Of a stretch of 64,000 nucleotides of DNA, positions 39,727 to 50,616 are shown piece after piece. Under the pieces are notes generated by a model. It worked only from the letters and a program-made list of their open reading frames with translations, was not told the origin of the DNA and made no database searches. Source of the DNA: Minisyncoccota bacterium (lineage in GTDB: Bacteria; Patescibacteriota; Minisyncoccia; Phycocordibacterales; CSBR16-193). Numbering within the stretch: position 1 is the stretch's first letter; each line of letters begins with the position of its first letter. The DNA is taken from positions 459,142 to 523,141 of the forward strand of contig JBBDRA010000003.1 in NCBI GenBank assembly GCA_040905715.1, in the 5' to 3' direction. Both the position numbers and the translations under genes were made by a program.

Positions 39727-41508
39727 TTATGTTTTTTCGCTATCCGGCTGTCTCATTCTGTCTATTTGCGCTTGCAGCTCTTGATACGCTTTCATCTTTT
39801 GGGCGACCCGCTCATCATCACGATCACGACCGGCCTCTTGCAATTCATGACGTATCCGATCCCGTCTCTGAATAAGAAGCTCAATATCTAATTCCTGGAA
39901 CAGCTCTTCAACCGTTCTGTCTGTGACATTACTCTCACCGTACTGCTGCTCAATTCGGAAGACCGCATCAGGGTGATCGGCAACGTTATCAAGAAAGGTT
40001 TGCGCGTCATCACCGAGCCGCTCTTCGAGCTTTGCTCGCGCGCTAGCCACATCGATAAGCGACTCCTCCTTAGCCCCCTGCCAAAGAATTAGTCCGGCAA
40101 GATCTTGAGCAACGATTCCCAGTCTATTTCGGGTTGTTGCCCGCGACTCTTGCGGTGCGGCATCTGACCCAACTCCGGCAGCCGCACCGGCCTGCTCTTG
40201 CTCAGCACGAGTATCCCGCTGGCTTTCGGTGATCGGCCGGGTCTTTTTTAGATCGCTCCAGAGCGCGTCTTCACGAATGCCGACCTTTTTTGCTACCTCC
40301 TCAATGAAGAATGACTGTTCGCTTGATTGAGGCAGTGCGGCAATGTATGGCAGAACCTCTGTGGAAACTCGACGCGAGAGTGATCGCTTATCAGAACCAA
40401 CTTCCGCAATAATGTGGTTGAGAAGATAGGTCACAACCGGCTGAGCATTGCTGAGGATCATTTTCCACTCACCCGGATCCCGCTTGAGCACATCGGCCGG
40501 GTCATCACCTTCAGGAGTTACCGCCACCTTAACGTCCATCCCCAACGCCAAAGCAATACCGGCACTCTTTTGTACCGCACCTACCCCGGCACTGTCCGCA
40601 TCAAAGGCAAGCATGATCTTGCGGGACAGACGATTAAGTCGTTTCAGATGATCCTGAGTAATAGCCGTACCTGATGTAGCAACTGTGTTCTGGAACCCTG
40701 ACTGATGACTCAGCACCAGGTCCATCTGCCCCTCAACCAATGTCGTGAAGTCCATCTGCCGAATCGCTTGTTTAGCCCGATCCAGACCGTACAAAACATT
40801 TGACTTGTGAAAGATCGGTGTGTCGGGACTGTTAAGATACTTTGGAGCATCATCGGTCTCTTGAAAGATTCTACCCGAGAATGCGATAGCCCGGCCGGCC
40901 GGATCGTTGATCGGAAACATGATCCGATCACGAAAGGTGTCGTAGAGTCTTGTGGTGCCGCTTGAGGTCTTGTTACTTCGCTTCACTAACCCGGCAGTGA
41001 TCATGTCCTCATCAGAATATCCCTTAGCTGAGAGATGCTCATAGAGACTTCGCCACTCACCGGGCGCATAACCGAGCCGCCAGACTGAAACACTTGCATC
41101 ACTTACCCCACGCCCTTTCAGGTATGAGCGAACCGCATTCGCACCGTTGAGCTGATTACAGTAATACAGACACGCCACTTCGAGCAGCTCATACAATGTA
41201 TCCTTTGCCTCATGCTCTTTTTTCGTTACCGGCTCAAACGTGATGCCTGCGCGCTCAGCCAGGATCTTCATCGCTCCGTAGAAATCAACACCCTCGATCC
41301 TCTCTACAAAGTTGATCATGTCTCCACCCGCTCCGCAACCAAAACAGTAATACATCTGACGCTCAGAGCTAACCGAAAAGGATGGTGTCCGCTCATTATG
41401 AAACGGACATCGCGCCTTCCAGTTCACACCGGCGCTGGTAAGAGTTACATAACTCTCCACAACATCCACAATGTCAAGTTTTGATTTTATCTCGTCAACA
41501 GAACTCAT
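39727..41508 (-). CDS. dnaG: DNA primase
   Basis: CHC2 zinc finger (CPFHNERTPSFSV...YYCFGCGAGGD) plus a Toprim domain. Start set at the internal Met MSSVDEIKSKL; the upstream 40 codons of ORF 41628 look non-coding. Confidence 0.85.
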   Translation of the reverse strand: MSSVDEIKSKLDIVDVVESYVTLTSAGVNWKARCPFHNERTPSFSVSSERQMYYCFGCGAGGDMINFVERIEGVDFYGAMKILAERAGITFEPVTKKEHEAKDTLYELLEVACLYYCNQLNGANAVRSYLKGRGVSDASVSVWRLGYAPGEWRSLYEHLSAKGYSDEDMITAGLVKRSNKTSSGTTRLYDTFRDRIMFPINDPAGRAIAFSGRIFQETDDAPKYLNSPDTPIFHKSNVLYGLDRAKQAIRQMDFTTLVEGQMDLVLSHQSGFQNTVATSGTAITQDHLKRLNRLSRKIMLAFDADSAGVGAVQKSAGIALALGMDVKVAVTPEGDDPADVLKRDPGEWKMILSNAQPVVTYLLNHIIAEVGSDKRSLSRRVSTEVLPYIAALPQSSEQSFFIEEVAKKVGIREDALWSDLKKTRPITESQRDTRAEQEQAGAAAGVGSDAAPQESRATTRNRLGIVAQDLAGLILWQGAKEESLIDVASARAKLEERLGDDAQTFLDNVADHPDAVFRIEQQYGESNVTDRTVEELFQELDIELLIQRRDRIRHELQEAGRDRDDERVAQKMKAYQELQAQIDRMRQPDSEKT

Positions 41509-41640
41509 GATCGAGTGATGGGGCCTTAAAGCGTCTCTCGCTCTTGCAAAGCTCACTCCCCCGCAAGTACACGACAGCGCCCGGAACACATTCATCCGTC
41601 CTCTGCAATTCTCAGCCTTAGCCGACAATCTGGCAATGTA

Positions 41641-44600
41641 CTACTTTGAAGCCTCAACCGCTCCCCCGCTCTGTATCTCGTCTTTCATGTTTCGCTTAAC
41701 TTCTTCGATCACCTCATATTTCGGACTTCCTACAAATCCGGTACCGGCCGGAATAAGGTTACCGATAATGACGTTCTCTTTCAGCCCGATAAGCGGATCC
41801 TTGCTACCTCGAACTGCCGCATCGATCAGGACACGTGTTGTGTGCTGGAACGATGCTGACGATAGGAAACTTCGTCGTGAAAGCGAGACCTCAGTAATAC
41901 CCATGATCACATCTTCACCTTTAGCTTCCTCGCCACCTTCTTCAGCTACGCGCGCGTTCTCTTCTTCGAACTGTGACAGCTCAACCACATCGCCTTGTGT
42001 GAGTGTGGTGTCCCCGGTCTTCGTGATACGTCGACGGGAAAACATCTGGCGAGCGATCGTCTCAATGTGCTTGTGACTCACACTCTCACCCTGAAGCTCA
42101 TACGGCTTCACAATCTCGTGGATAATGTACTCTTGCGCTCGTTCTGTACCGGCGTATTTGAAGAGTTCATCGATATCAACCGATCCGTCAGTGAGAATGT
42201 CACCCTTTTTCACCTCCTGACCCTCACTCACCGTGATCGTACGGTTAAAGTACACGGAGTAGGTTACTTCCTTCTTTGCTTTTCCTGAACCTTTTTCCTC
42301 AAGGTCCTGAATGATCGTGATCGATTTATCGTTATCATCTTTTGTATCAACGCTTGAAACAACACCACTTACCCGACTCACTACAGCAGAGTGCTTCGGC
42401 TTTCGCTTCTCGAATACCTCCTCAACACGAGGAAGACCTGAGGTAATATCACCGCCGACAGACGCTGCACCACCGGAGTGGAACGTACGCATGGTCAGCT
42501 GCGTACCCGGCTCACCGATCGCCTGCGCCGCGATCGTTCCGACTGCTTCACCGATATCGATCGGTTTGTTTGTGCCGAGGTCAGCACCATAACAGGTTCG
42601 ACAAACTCCGTATCGGGTCTTACACGACATTGGAGAACGCACGTAAACTGACTCAATACCTTTCTCTTCTATCAGCTCAGAATCCTGTTTCGAAAGATAA
42701 TGGTTGCGCTTAAAGAGCACGGTACCTTCAGCATCTGTTACGTCTTTTGCCAGGTAACGACCTCGCACGTTTTCCGCAATAGGGATCTCAATACCGGAAG
42801 CCGTCTTCTTCTGAATCCACAAACCGTTCTTAGTATTACAATCATCCTCGCTGACAATAATATCCTGTGCTACATCGAACAGGCGTCGGGTAAGATATCC
42901 AGCCTGAGCGGTCTTGAGCGCTGTGTCAGACAGACCCTTACGTGATCCGTGAGTAGTTATAAAGTACTCGATCGGTGAAAGCCCCTCTTTCATAGAAGCA
43001 AGGATCGGGAATTCAATAGTTGATCCACTGGTTGACTGGATCAAACCTTTCATTCCGGCCATCTGCGTGATCTGTGAGAACGAACCTCGAGCACCGGAGT
43101 AGATCATGTCATATACTGGTCCTGTTTTTGAAAGCGTGGCCGGGAGAAGTTCCTCTACCTCACTTTTCGCGGCGTGCCAGATCTCGAGGCTTTTACGCTT
43201 GCGCTCATCTTCAGAAAGAAGACCATCTTCGTACTGCTCGTGTATCTCGCCTTCCTCCACTTTGGCACGAGCAATAACAGCGTGCTTCTCTTCCGGTATT
43301 TTAATATCGTCAAGTCCCCACGTAATACCTGAGTGAGTCGCGTAAGAGAAACCGAACGTCTTGATCTCGTCAAGGATCGGCGGCAGGCCGTCGAGTCCAT
43401 ATCGCTCGATCAACGCGTCGATCAGGCGACCCATCGTCTTTCGCTCCACATCTTCATTTATGTATGGGAAATCGTCCGGAAGAACATTGTTGAATTTCAG
43501 TCGACCAACAGTGGTCTCGAAGGGCTTATGCTCAAAGTCAGCAAATTTCTCGGCCTCGTTTGGAAGCACATGTATCTTCGCTCGAAATCCAACCTGACCG
43601 AAGTCGTAGGCGGTCACCGCGTGTGACGGTGATGGGAAGTATTTTCCTTCACCTTTATCACCTTCAACTATTTTGGTCATCCAGTACGTACCCAGGACAA
43701 TATCGAGCATCTTCGCCGAAACAACCGGATCTCCACTTCCCGGCTTCAGAATGTTTTTGTTCGCCGCCATAAAGTGACGCGCTTCAGCTTGTGCTTCAGT
43801 CGAAAGCGGAACGTGGACCGCCATCTGGTCACCGTCGAAGTCCGCGTTAAATGCGGTACAGATAAGCGGGTGGATCTGAATAGCGTTACCTTCGATCAAA
43901 GTCGGACGAAACGCCTGGATACCCAGTCGGTGAAGGGTTGGTGCGCGGTTCAAAAGCACGTGCTTATTGGCAATTACTTCTTCGAGGATCGCCCATACTT
44001 CATCAGCTCCGTCCTCGATCAGCTTGCTAGCGCTTCGAATATTGTACGCGAGCTCGCGTGAGAGAAGCTTGGAAATAACAAATGGCTTGAAGAGCTCAAG
44101 TGCCATATGCTTTGGCAGACCACACTCATCTATCTCGAGGTGTGGACCAACAACGATCACACTACGGCCAGAGTAGTCAACACGCTTACCAAGAAGGTTC
44201 TGACGGAAGAGACCACGCTTCCCTTTCAAGCTGTCAGCAAGTGACTTCAATGGTCGATTCTGCGCCTGATTCACTGCAGACGGCATCGTGTTACCGTGTC
44301 TGATCGAATTATCAATAAGTGAGTCAGCAGCTTCCTGGAGAATTCGCTTCTCGTTTCGGAGAATAACGTCAGGGGCCATGATATCCTTCAGACGCTTCAG
44401 ACGATTATTACGGTTGATAACTCGACGGTAGAGATCGTTTACATCCGATGTGGCGTAACGTCCACCATCAAGTGGAACCATGGGGCGAAGTGCTGGCGGA
44501 ATAACCGGAATACGAGTTAAGAACATCCATTCTGGCCGGATACCTGAGCTACGCATTGCTCGTACTGCAGAGAGACGACGATTGATCTTGCCTTTCTCTA

Positions 44601-45336
44601 TTGAGCCTGCTTTCTCTAGGCGTGTCTCGAGAGCCTTTTCAAGCTCATCAAGATCCATCCCCTTGAGCATGTTGTATATTGCCTCGGCACCGATCTCAGC
44701 CTCAAAAAGCGTACCGTACTTCACTGAGTAGTTGTGGTACGCCACCTCATCAAGAACGGTGTTTTCCTTGATCAGCTCAAGCTCCTGCTTTGCCTTTACA
44801 AAGCGCTCTTTGATATCTTCTTTTGCGTCCTTGTCATCTGCACCTTTTACTTTTGATTTATATTCAGTATCAAGCTGCTTCAAAAGACGCAGTCGTTCTT
44901 CCTCCTCAACCTTTGTTACCAAGTAACCGGCAAAGTAAATAACCTTCTCAAGGTCGGAAGTGGTGAGACCGGTGATGAGACTGATTCGAGACGGCATACT
45001 TCGAAGAAACCAGATGTGAGAAACCGGAGTCGCAAGCTCGATGTGACCCATGCGTTCTCGACGCACGATAGACCGAGTGATCTCGACACCACATTTTTCG
45101 CAAATAATGCCCTTATAACGAACACCGCGATACTTACCGCAGTAACATTCATAGTCGCGGTCAGGGCCGAAGATCTTCTCGTCGAAAAGACCGTTCTTCT
45201 CACTACGCTGAGTACGGTAGTTGATCGTTTCCGGTTTGGTGATCTCACCCCACGACCAGGAAAGGATAGCTTCCGGCGATGCCATGCGAAGCGAAACAGA
45301 ATCGAAATCGTTGATGAATTTGTGTGATTGTGACAT
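41641..45336 (-). CDS. rpoC: DNA-directed RNA polymerase subunit beta'
   Basis: 1231 aa; the N-terminal zinc finger YECYCGKYRGVRYKGIICEKCGVEI and the NADFDGD catalytic motif are both present. Confidence 0.95.
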   Translation of the reverse strand: MSQSHKFINDFDSVSLRMASPEAILSWSWGEITKPETINYRTQRSEKNGLFDEKIFGPDRDYECYCGKYRGVRYKGIICEKCGVEITRSIVRRERMGHIELATPVSHIWFLRSMPSRISLITGLTTSDLEKVIYFAGYLVTKVEEEERLRLLKQLDTEYKSKVKGADDKDAKEDIKERFVKAKQELELIKENTVLDEVAYHNYSVKYGTLFEAEIGAEAIYNMLKGMDLDELEKALETRLEKAGSIEKGKINRRLSAVRAMRSSGIRPEWMFLTRIPVIPPALRPMVPLDGGRYATSDVNDLYRRVINRNNRLKRLKDIMAPDVILRNEKRILQEAADSLIDNSIRHGNTMPSAVNQAQNRPLKSLADSLKGKRGLFRQNLLGKRVDYSGRSVIVVGPHLEIDECGLPKHMALELFKPFVISKLLSRELAYNIRSASKLIEDGADEVWAILEEVIANKHVLLNRAPTLHRLGIQAFRPTLIEGNAIQIHPLICTAFNADFDGDQMAVHVPLSTEAQAEARHFMAANKNILKPGSGDPVVSAKMLDIVLGTYWMTKIVEGDKGEGKYFPSPSHAVTAYDFGQVGFRAKIHVLPNEAEKFADFEHKPFETTVGRLKFNNVLPDDFPYINEDVERKTMGRLIDALIERYGLDGLPPILDEIKTFGFSYATHSGITWGLDDIKIPEEKHAVIARAKVEEGEIHEQYEDGLLSEDERKRKSLEIWHAAKSEVEELLPATLSKTGPVYDMIYSGARGSFSQITQMAGMKGLIQSTSGSTIEFPILASMKEGLSPIEYFITTHGSRKGLSDTALKTAQAGYLTRRLFDVAQDIIVSEDDCNTKNGLWIQKKTASGIEIPIAENVRGRYLAKDVTDAEGTVLFKRNHYLSKQDSELIEEKGIESVYVRSPMSCKTRYGVCRTCYGADLGTNKPIDIGEAVGTIAAQAIGEPGTQLTMRTFHSGGAASVGGDITSGLPRVEEVFEKRKPKHSAVVSRVSGVVSSVDTKDDNDKSITIIQDLEEKGSGKAKKEVTYSVYFNRTITVSEGQEVKKGDILTDGSVDIDELFKYAGTERAQEYIIHEIVKPYELQGESVSHKHIETIARQMFSRRRITKTGDTTLTQGDVVELSQFEEENARVAEEGGEEAKGEDVIMGITEVSLSRRSFLSSASFQHTTRVLIDAAVRGSKDPLIGLKENVIIGNLIPAGTGFVGSPKYEVIEEVKRNMKDEIQSGGAVEASK

Positions 45337-45361
45337 AGGATTCAGGTTTAGTCGCTAATAG

Positions 45362-48300
45362 CTATTCATCGCCGCGGTGAAGCTGTACATCCAGAGACAG
45401 ACCGCGTAGATAACTGAGTAATACATTGAATGAAGCGGGTGTATTGATCTGGGTGATCGGTTCGCCCTTTACGATCGAGTCAAACGCCGCTGATCGTCCG
45501 AGAATATCGTCGGACTTGATCGTCAATACTTCGCGCAGGTTATATGCCGCACCGTACCCGAGAAGCGCCCAGACCTCCATTTCTCCAAATCGCTGTCCAC
45601 CTCCTTGCGCCTTTCCTCCCAATGGTTGCTGAGTAATAAGTGAGTACGGTCCGATCGAACGCTGGTGGATCTTGTCGTCTACCATGTGGTGAAGCTTTAA
45701 GATATACATATATCCAACCGCAACATCTTGCTCATACGGAATACCGGTATGTCCATCGAATACACGCACCTTGCCGTTCTCCGGGTATCCGGCCTCCTTG
45801 AGTTCACTGCGAATCTCTTCACCGGTCGCACTGGCAAACGGCGGCACGACTGCCTGATATCCAAGTGTATGTGCTGCCAACCCAAGATGGAGCTCAAGGA
45901 TCTGACCGAGGTTCATTCGAGACGGAACACCAAGCGGGGTCAGGATAACATCAAGCGGCTCGCCATCTTCGGTGAACGGCATGTCCTCCTCTGGCAAGAT
46001 CTTGGAGATAACACCCTTGTTACCGTGTCGTCCAGCCAGCTTGTCACCGACTGAAATATTACGTAATTCAGCCACTTCAATGTGAACGCGCTTTATGATG
46101 CCGCTCTCGAGTTTGTCCCCTTGCTCACGAGAAAAGACCTTCACGTTTATCACGCGACCGCGCTTCCCTGCCTCTAGTCGCTTAGAGGTGTCCTTTACAT
46201 CACGAGCCTTCTCTCCGAAGAGTGATCGCAAGAGTCTCTCTTCCGGTGTAAGCTGTGTTTCACCTTTTGGTGTGATTTTACCAACAAGAATATCGCCCGG
46301 TTCTACTTCTGCACCAACACGGACAATACCGTCTTCAGCGAGGTTCTTAAGTTTTCCTTCTCCTACGTTCGGGATATCACAGGTTGTCACTTCCGGACCA
46401 AGCTTGGTATCACGTACATTGACCACGAACTCTTCGATATGAATACTGGTAAGCTTTTTGTTCTTTACCAATCGCTCGGAAATAATAATAGCGTCTTCAT
46501 AGTTAGCACCGTGCCACGAGAGGAAGCCGACCCGAAGGTTCTGACCAAGCGCCATCTCACCACGATCGCTCGAAGAAATATCAGCAAGCACGTCTCCCTT
46601 CTTTACTTTGTCACCAGCCCAGACACTCGGGCGCTGGTGAAATGCGGTGTAGTCATTGGTTCGGTTATAAACAATAAGCTCGTATTCTTTCTTCTTTCCT
46701 TTGTTTGTCTTAACAATGATCTTTGTTGAATCTGCGTAGGTCACTTCACCCGGTTCATCAGCAATAACAAGACGATTTGTATCAGCAACTGCCTGTCGCT
46801 CCATACCGGTCGCAACTACCGGAGCGTCCGGGATCAAACACGGTGTAGCCTGCTTCTGCATGTTAGAACCCATGAGTGCGCGGTTTGCGTCATCATGCTG
46901 CAAGAATGGGATCATTGATGTTGCCACTGAGAATGCCTGATTTGGCGCAATATCAATAAAGTCAATATTCTTATTCGACACCATTACCGGATCTCCGTTA
47001 TGTCGTGCTTCAACTGACTTATCAGTTATAACACCGTTTTCGTCATAGTTCGTACCAGCGTGAGCGATGGTGAAGTTCTCTTCTTCCATCGCATTCATGT
47101 ATCTGATCTCTCCGGTCATCTTTCCTTTCTCTACCTTTGCGTACGGCGTTTCTATCATACCGAACTCATTTACCTGAGCAAAAACACTCAAACGAAGAAT
47201 AAGCCCGATGTTCCCACCTTCCGGTGTATGGATCGGACAGACACGACCGTAGTGACTTGAGTGAACGTCTCGAACCTCAAAACCAGCGCGAGCTCGGTTC
47301 AAACCTCCCGGTCCGAGCGCAGAGAGTGTGCGCAGGTGTTCAACCTCAGCAAGCGGGTTCTCCTGTTGCATGTACTGAGAAAGCTGGTTAGTAGTGAAGA
47401 ACTCCTTAATACGTGCCTGGAGAGGCTTCGCGCTGATGAACTGAACCGGTGTAGAGACATCACTCTCGATCGTCGACATTCGGTTTTGAATGTTGCGCTT
47501 GATCTGCGACATACCGACTCGCAATTTCTGCTGAAAAAGTTCACCAATGTAACGTACACGACGGCTTCCAAGGTGGTCGATGTCATCCTCCATTGAACCC
47601 GGTGTCGTATTCAACTCAACGACATGATTGAGCACGAGCGCAAAGTCCTCAAGAGAAAGCGTTCGACGTTCAAGTTCTTTTTTATCAAGCTCAATCCCAA
47701 AACGCTTATTAAACGTGGAGCGACCTACACGAGAAAGGTCGTATCGCTCTTCACTAAAGAGCGTAGTAATGAATTCTTTCGCGTTCTCAGCGGTTGCCAG
47801 GTCTCCATCGCGAAGTCTCTTGTAGATCTCAATAGCAGCCTCATCAACTGTTTCAGCCGCATCTTTTGCTAATGTTTGCTTAATATACTCTTTTGCAACA
47901 TCTGATTTAAAGAGCTTCTCCATGTCTTTGTTCGTCTCGGCACCAAGAACTCGGAGGAGTGTGGTGACCGGGAACTTTCGCTTGCGATCAATACGAACAT
48001 GAAGCGCATTATCAGCATCCGTTTCGAATTCTATCCATGCCCCGCGTGTAGGAATAATCTTTGCACCAAAATAGGTCTTTCCTTTCAAGACCTGTGACGT
48101 AAAGAATGCGCCGTAGGAACGGGCAAGCTGGGGAACAATAACTCGTTCAATACCACCAATGACAAAAGTCCCGCGTGAGGTCATCAACGGGAAATCAGCA
48201 AGAAATATCTCCTGCTCTTCTTCACTACCGGTTGTCTTGTTGATCAGCTTTACTTTAACTTTAAGCGGAGCGTCGTACGTAAGCTTCTGATCTTTTGCGT

Positions 48301-48574
48301 GCAACTCACTGTGCTGAGGCTCACCGATCTCAAAACCATAAAATTCAAGGTCGAACTTTTTCTCGGAAAAGTCTCGTACCGGACTGAATTCCTGGAAGAT
48401 CTCTTTTAGTCCTTCTTCAATAAGCCACTCAAAAGAATGACGTTGTGCCTCGATCAAATTTGGAATCGGAACGAGTGGGTCTTTATATGCTTTAAAGTAC
48501 TTCTTGGTGATCCCGGAGACCTCCTTGGTGTGTACTTCATTCTTCACGTCTTTAATCTGAGTTGTTTGTGCCAT
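45362..48574 (-). CDS. rpoB: DNA-directed RNA polymerase subunit beta
   Basis: 1070 aa with conserved beta-subunit blocks throughout. Confidence 0.95.
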   Translation of the reverse strand: MAQTTQIKDVKNEVHTKEVSGITKKYFKAYKDPLVPIPNLIEAQRHSFEWLIEEGLKEIFQEFSPVRDFSEKKFDLEFYGFEIGEPQHSELHAKDQKLTYDAPLKVKVKLINKTTGSEEEQEIFLADFPLMTSRGTFVIGGIERVIVPQLARSYGAFFTSQVLKGKTYFGAKIIPTRGAWIEFETDADNALHVRIDRKRKFPVTTLLRVLGAETNKDMEKLFKSDVAKEYIKQTLAKDAAETVDEAAIEIYKRLRDGDLATAENAKEFITTLFSEERYDLSRVGRSTFNKRFGIELDKKELERRTLSLEDFALVLNHVVELNTTPGSMEDDIDHLGSRRVRYIGELFQQKLRVGMSQIKRNIQNRMSTIESDVSTPVQFISAKPLQARIKEFFTTNQLSQYMQQENPLAEVEHLRTLSALGPGGLNRARAGFEVRDVHSSHYGRVCPIHTPEGGNIGLILRLSVFAQVNEFGMIETPYAKVEKGKMTGEIRYMNAMEEENFTIAHAGTNYDENGVITDKSVEARHNGDPVMVSNKNIDFIDIAPNQAFSVATSMIPFLQHDDANRALMGSNMQKQATPCLIPDAPVVATGMERQAVADTNRLVIADEPGEVTYADSTKIIVKTNKGKKKEYELIVYNRTNDYTAFHQRPSVWAGDKVKKGDVLADISSSDRGEMALGQNLRVGFLSWHGANYEDAIIISERLVKNKKLTSIHIEEFVVNVRDTKLGPEVTTCDIPNVGEGKLKNLAEDGIVRVGAEVEPGDILVGKITPKGETQLTPEERLLRSLFGEKARDVKDTSKRLEAGKRGRVINVKVFSREQGDKLESGIIKRVHIEVAELRNISVGDKLAGRHGNKGVISKILPEEDMPFTEDGEPLDVILTPLGVPSRMNLGQILELHLGLAAHTLGYQAVVPPFASATGEEIRSELKEAGYPENGKVRVFDGHTGIPYEQDVAVGYMYILKLHHMVDDKIHQRSIGPYSLITQQPLGGKAQGGGQRFGEMEVWALLGYGAAYNLREVLTIKSDDILGRSAAFDSIVKGEPITQINTPASFNVLLSYLRGLSLDVQLHRGDE

Positions 48575-48954
48575 AAAGCTGCCTTGCTATATAATGAGGT
48601 TACTGCACTTACCCACATGTACGAACGCGTCGAGTAACGCCCGCAATGCTTCTAAGTGACAGGTGGTAATGACAACTACAAACGTTTAAAAAGTGTCTAT
48701 TCGTATGAACGAAAAAGTGACCTTTTCACCTTTTCGCCTGCGTCGAAACGCAAAATGCCCCTTTCCCGACAAAGGTCGCGCATGAATATCTCTATACTAT
48801 TATTTGACTATTAGGCCGTACAAAGTATTTCGTCAACGAGTAATATTACGTATGCTATCCCCTCGTGACAGATAGACGTGTAGTATACTCGTCACGCAAA
48901 TTCTGTCAACCGTGTCAAGTCAAACCTGTGGATAAGAAGGGAGGACGGTTCCAT

Positions 48955-49013
48955 CGAATAGGTATTTTCTAAGCCCAGACCCTACGCCCAACAACTTAGA
49001 AAATACCTATTCG
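48955..49013. repeat. 19-bp perfect inverted repeat with 21-nt loop (CGAATAGGTATTTTCTAAG / CTTAGAAAATACCTATTCG)
   Basis: Read directly: 48955..48973 pairs perfectly with 48995..49013. Located in the rpoB upstream leader. Confidence 0.7.
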
Positions 49014-49036
49014 CTAGGACCTAGGAAGGAAGATGC

Positions 49037-49090
49037 GAACGAAAGTCTCAGTCCTAACATAAAATAAAAATGGAACTGAGACTTTCGTTC
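49037..49090. repeat. 16-bp perfect inverted repeat with 22-nt A-rich loop (GAACGAAAGTCTCAGT / ACTGAGACTTTCGTTC)
   Basis: Read directly: 49037..49052 pairs perfectly with 49075..49090. It lies between the trmD stop and rpoB. Confidence 0.7.
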
Positions 49091-49248
49091 TAAATCGCGG
49101 CAAAACTTCTTTAAAACATATACTTTACACCACGCTTAAGAAGTTGAGGTAAACTGCCCAACTACTTTCAGCAAATACGTCGCACCCCTAACTACAAAAA
49201 AGTAAATGTCGAAAACTGAGTTTTCGACATTTACAGCTCACAAACATT

Positions 49249-49887
49249 CTAGGACCGTTCCTCTCTCCACTGATCAATCTTTTTATGATCTCCCGAACGC
49301 AACACCTCCGGCACCTCATACACCTTCCCTTTCCACTTTAATTTTTCAGGTCGGGTGTACACCTCATGCGAAGCGATCCTCTCTTCCTCCCGACTCTTTT
49401 CATCACCGAGTACGCCTTCGATCTGTCTCGCTGTCGCATCCATTATCACCATCGCCGGCAACTCTCCGCCGGTCAGAACATACGGACCTATTGTCACCGC
49501 ATCTGCGTTAAGCGCCCTGCGCGCCCGGGCATCAATTCCTTCGTACCGACCGGCAACAAGGACAATATGTTTATATTTTTTACTCCAAGTCCGAGCATAT
49601 TCATTACTGAATTCATCTCCATCAGCTTCCATAAAAACTATCTTTACATTTTTCTTTCTGCCAACCGCGTCTTTTACCGCACGAAGAACCGGTTCGGCTT
49701 GGATCACCATTCCCGGACCACCACCGTACGGCTTTTGATCTACTCGAACGTGTTTGTCTTTTGTATAGTCACGCGGGTTATAAAATGACACCTTGATATT
49801 TCCGTCATGAACAGCCCGTCCAATGATGGACGAGCGAAGATATGATTCAAACGATTCGGGAAACAATGTAATTATGTGGAAATGCAT
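49249..49887 (-). CDS. trmD: tRNA (guanine37-N1)-methyltransferase
   Basis: MHFHIITLFPE...KPYGGGPGMV is the SPOUT-family TrmD signature; 212 aa. Confidence 0.85.
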   Translation of the reverse strand: MHFHIITLFPESFESYLRSSIIGRAVHDGNIKVSFYNPRDYTKDKHVRVDQKPYGGGPGMVIQAEPVLRAVKDAVGRKKNVKIVFMEADGDEFSNEYARTWSKKYKHIVLVAGRYEGIDARARRALNADAVTIGPYVLTGGELPAMVIMDATARQIEGVLGDEKSREEERIASHEVYTRPEKLKWKGKVYEVPEVLRSGDHKKIDQWREERS

Positions 49888-50023
49888 AAACAGTATTCCG
49901 TATGCTGTAGTTAGTATTCAGTATAGTAGACGAAACGAAACAAAAATAAAAGCGAAGTAAAAGATAAAATCCGCCGAAGCGGATTTTATCTTTTACGCAG
50001 TGATTTATTTCTAACGTCTCAAA

Positions 50024-50437
50024 TTAGTTCCCATTCTTAAAATCATCCATCACTTCGTCAACACTTTGTTGAGAATCAGCTGCCTGTGGCTGCTCCGGGG
50101 TTTCGCCTGCTTCTTTTTGGACCGCTTGAGAAGCTCCGGCATCTGCTGTATTCGCACCGGTATCACGAATCCCGCCTTCCGGCTCATTGATCTTAAGATT
50201 TACTCGAGCGTTATTTTTCATACCCACAACTCGCAAAAGCGTTCGGACTGCTTTCGCTGTATTTCCTGACCGTCCGATGATCTTACCCATATCCTCACGC
50301 GAGACATCAAGAGTGATCAGAACACCCATTTCATCTACTGTTCGATTGATCCTAACCTTATCAGGATTATCGACCAATGATTTAACAACAAACTCAAGAA
50401 ATCGCGCATCTTCGTGCTCCTGTGTGGTATCTACCAT
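50024..50437 (-). CDS. KH-domain RNA-binding protein (YlqC/UPF0109-like) with C-terminal extension
   Basis: KH-like core with GKIIGRSGNTAKAVRTL (GxxG loop); located between rpsP and trmD as in the classic trmD operon. Confidence 0.7.
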   Translation of the reverse strand: MVDTTQEHEDARFLEFVVKSLVDNPDKVRINRTVDEMGVLITLDVSREDMGKIIGRSGNTAKAVRTLLRVVGMKNNARVNLKINEPEGGIRDTGANTADAGASQAVQKEAGETPEQPQAADSQQSVDEVMDDFKNGN

Positions 50438-50616
50438 AAATACTGAAGTTAGCTATCAATCCATTCATCACCACCTTATCGCCTCCGCCACGATCTTCTG
50501 CTATCAATTAAGCCAGTAGCCGATTCGCACTTCACCACTGCCTATCACCATAATTTTACGGCAACAAAAAACCTCCGTCAAGAGAACGGAGGTCGCCTAT
50601 CAGCTCTATTTTTTAC

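Noticed and set aside
41995-45327. Numerous 60-110 aa ORFs on the + strand inside rpoC, and similar ones inside rpoB (for example 47261..47596 and 46095..46442)
   Set aside because: All are antisense to very well supported RNAP genes, with Ser/Arg/Leu-rich composition typical of antisense frames.
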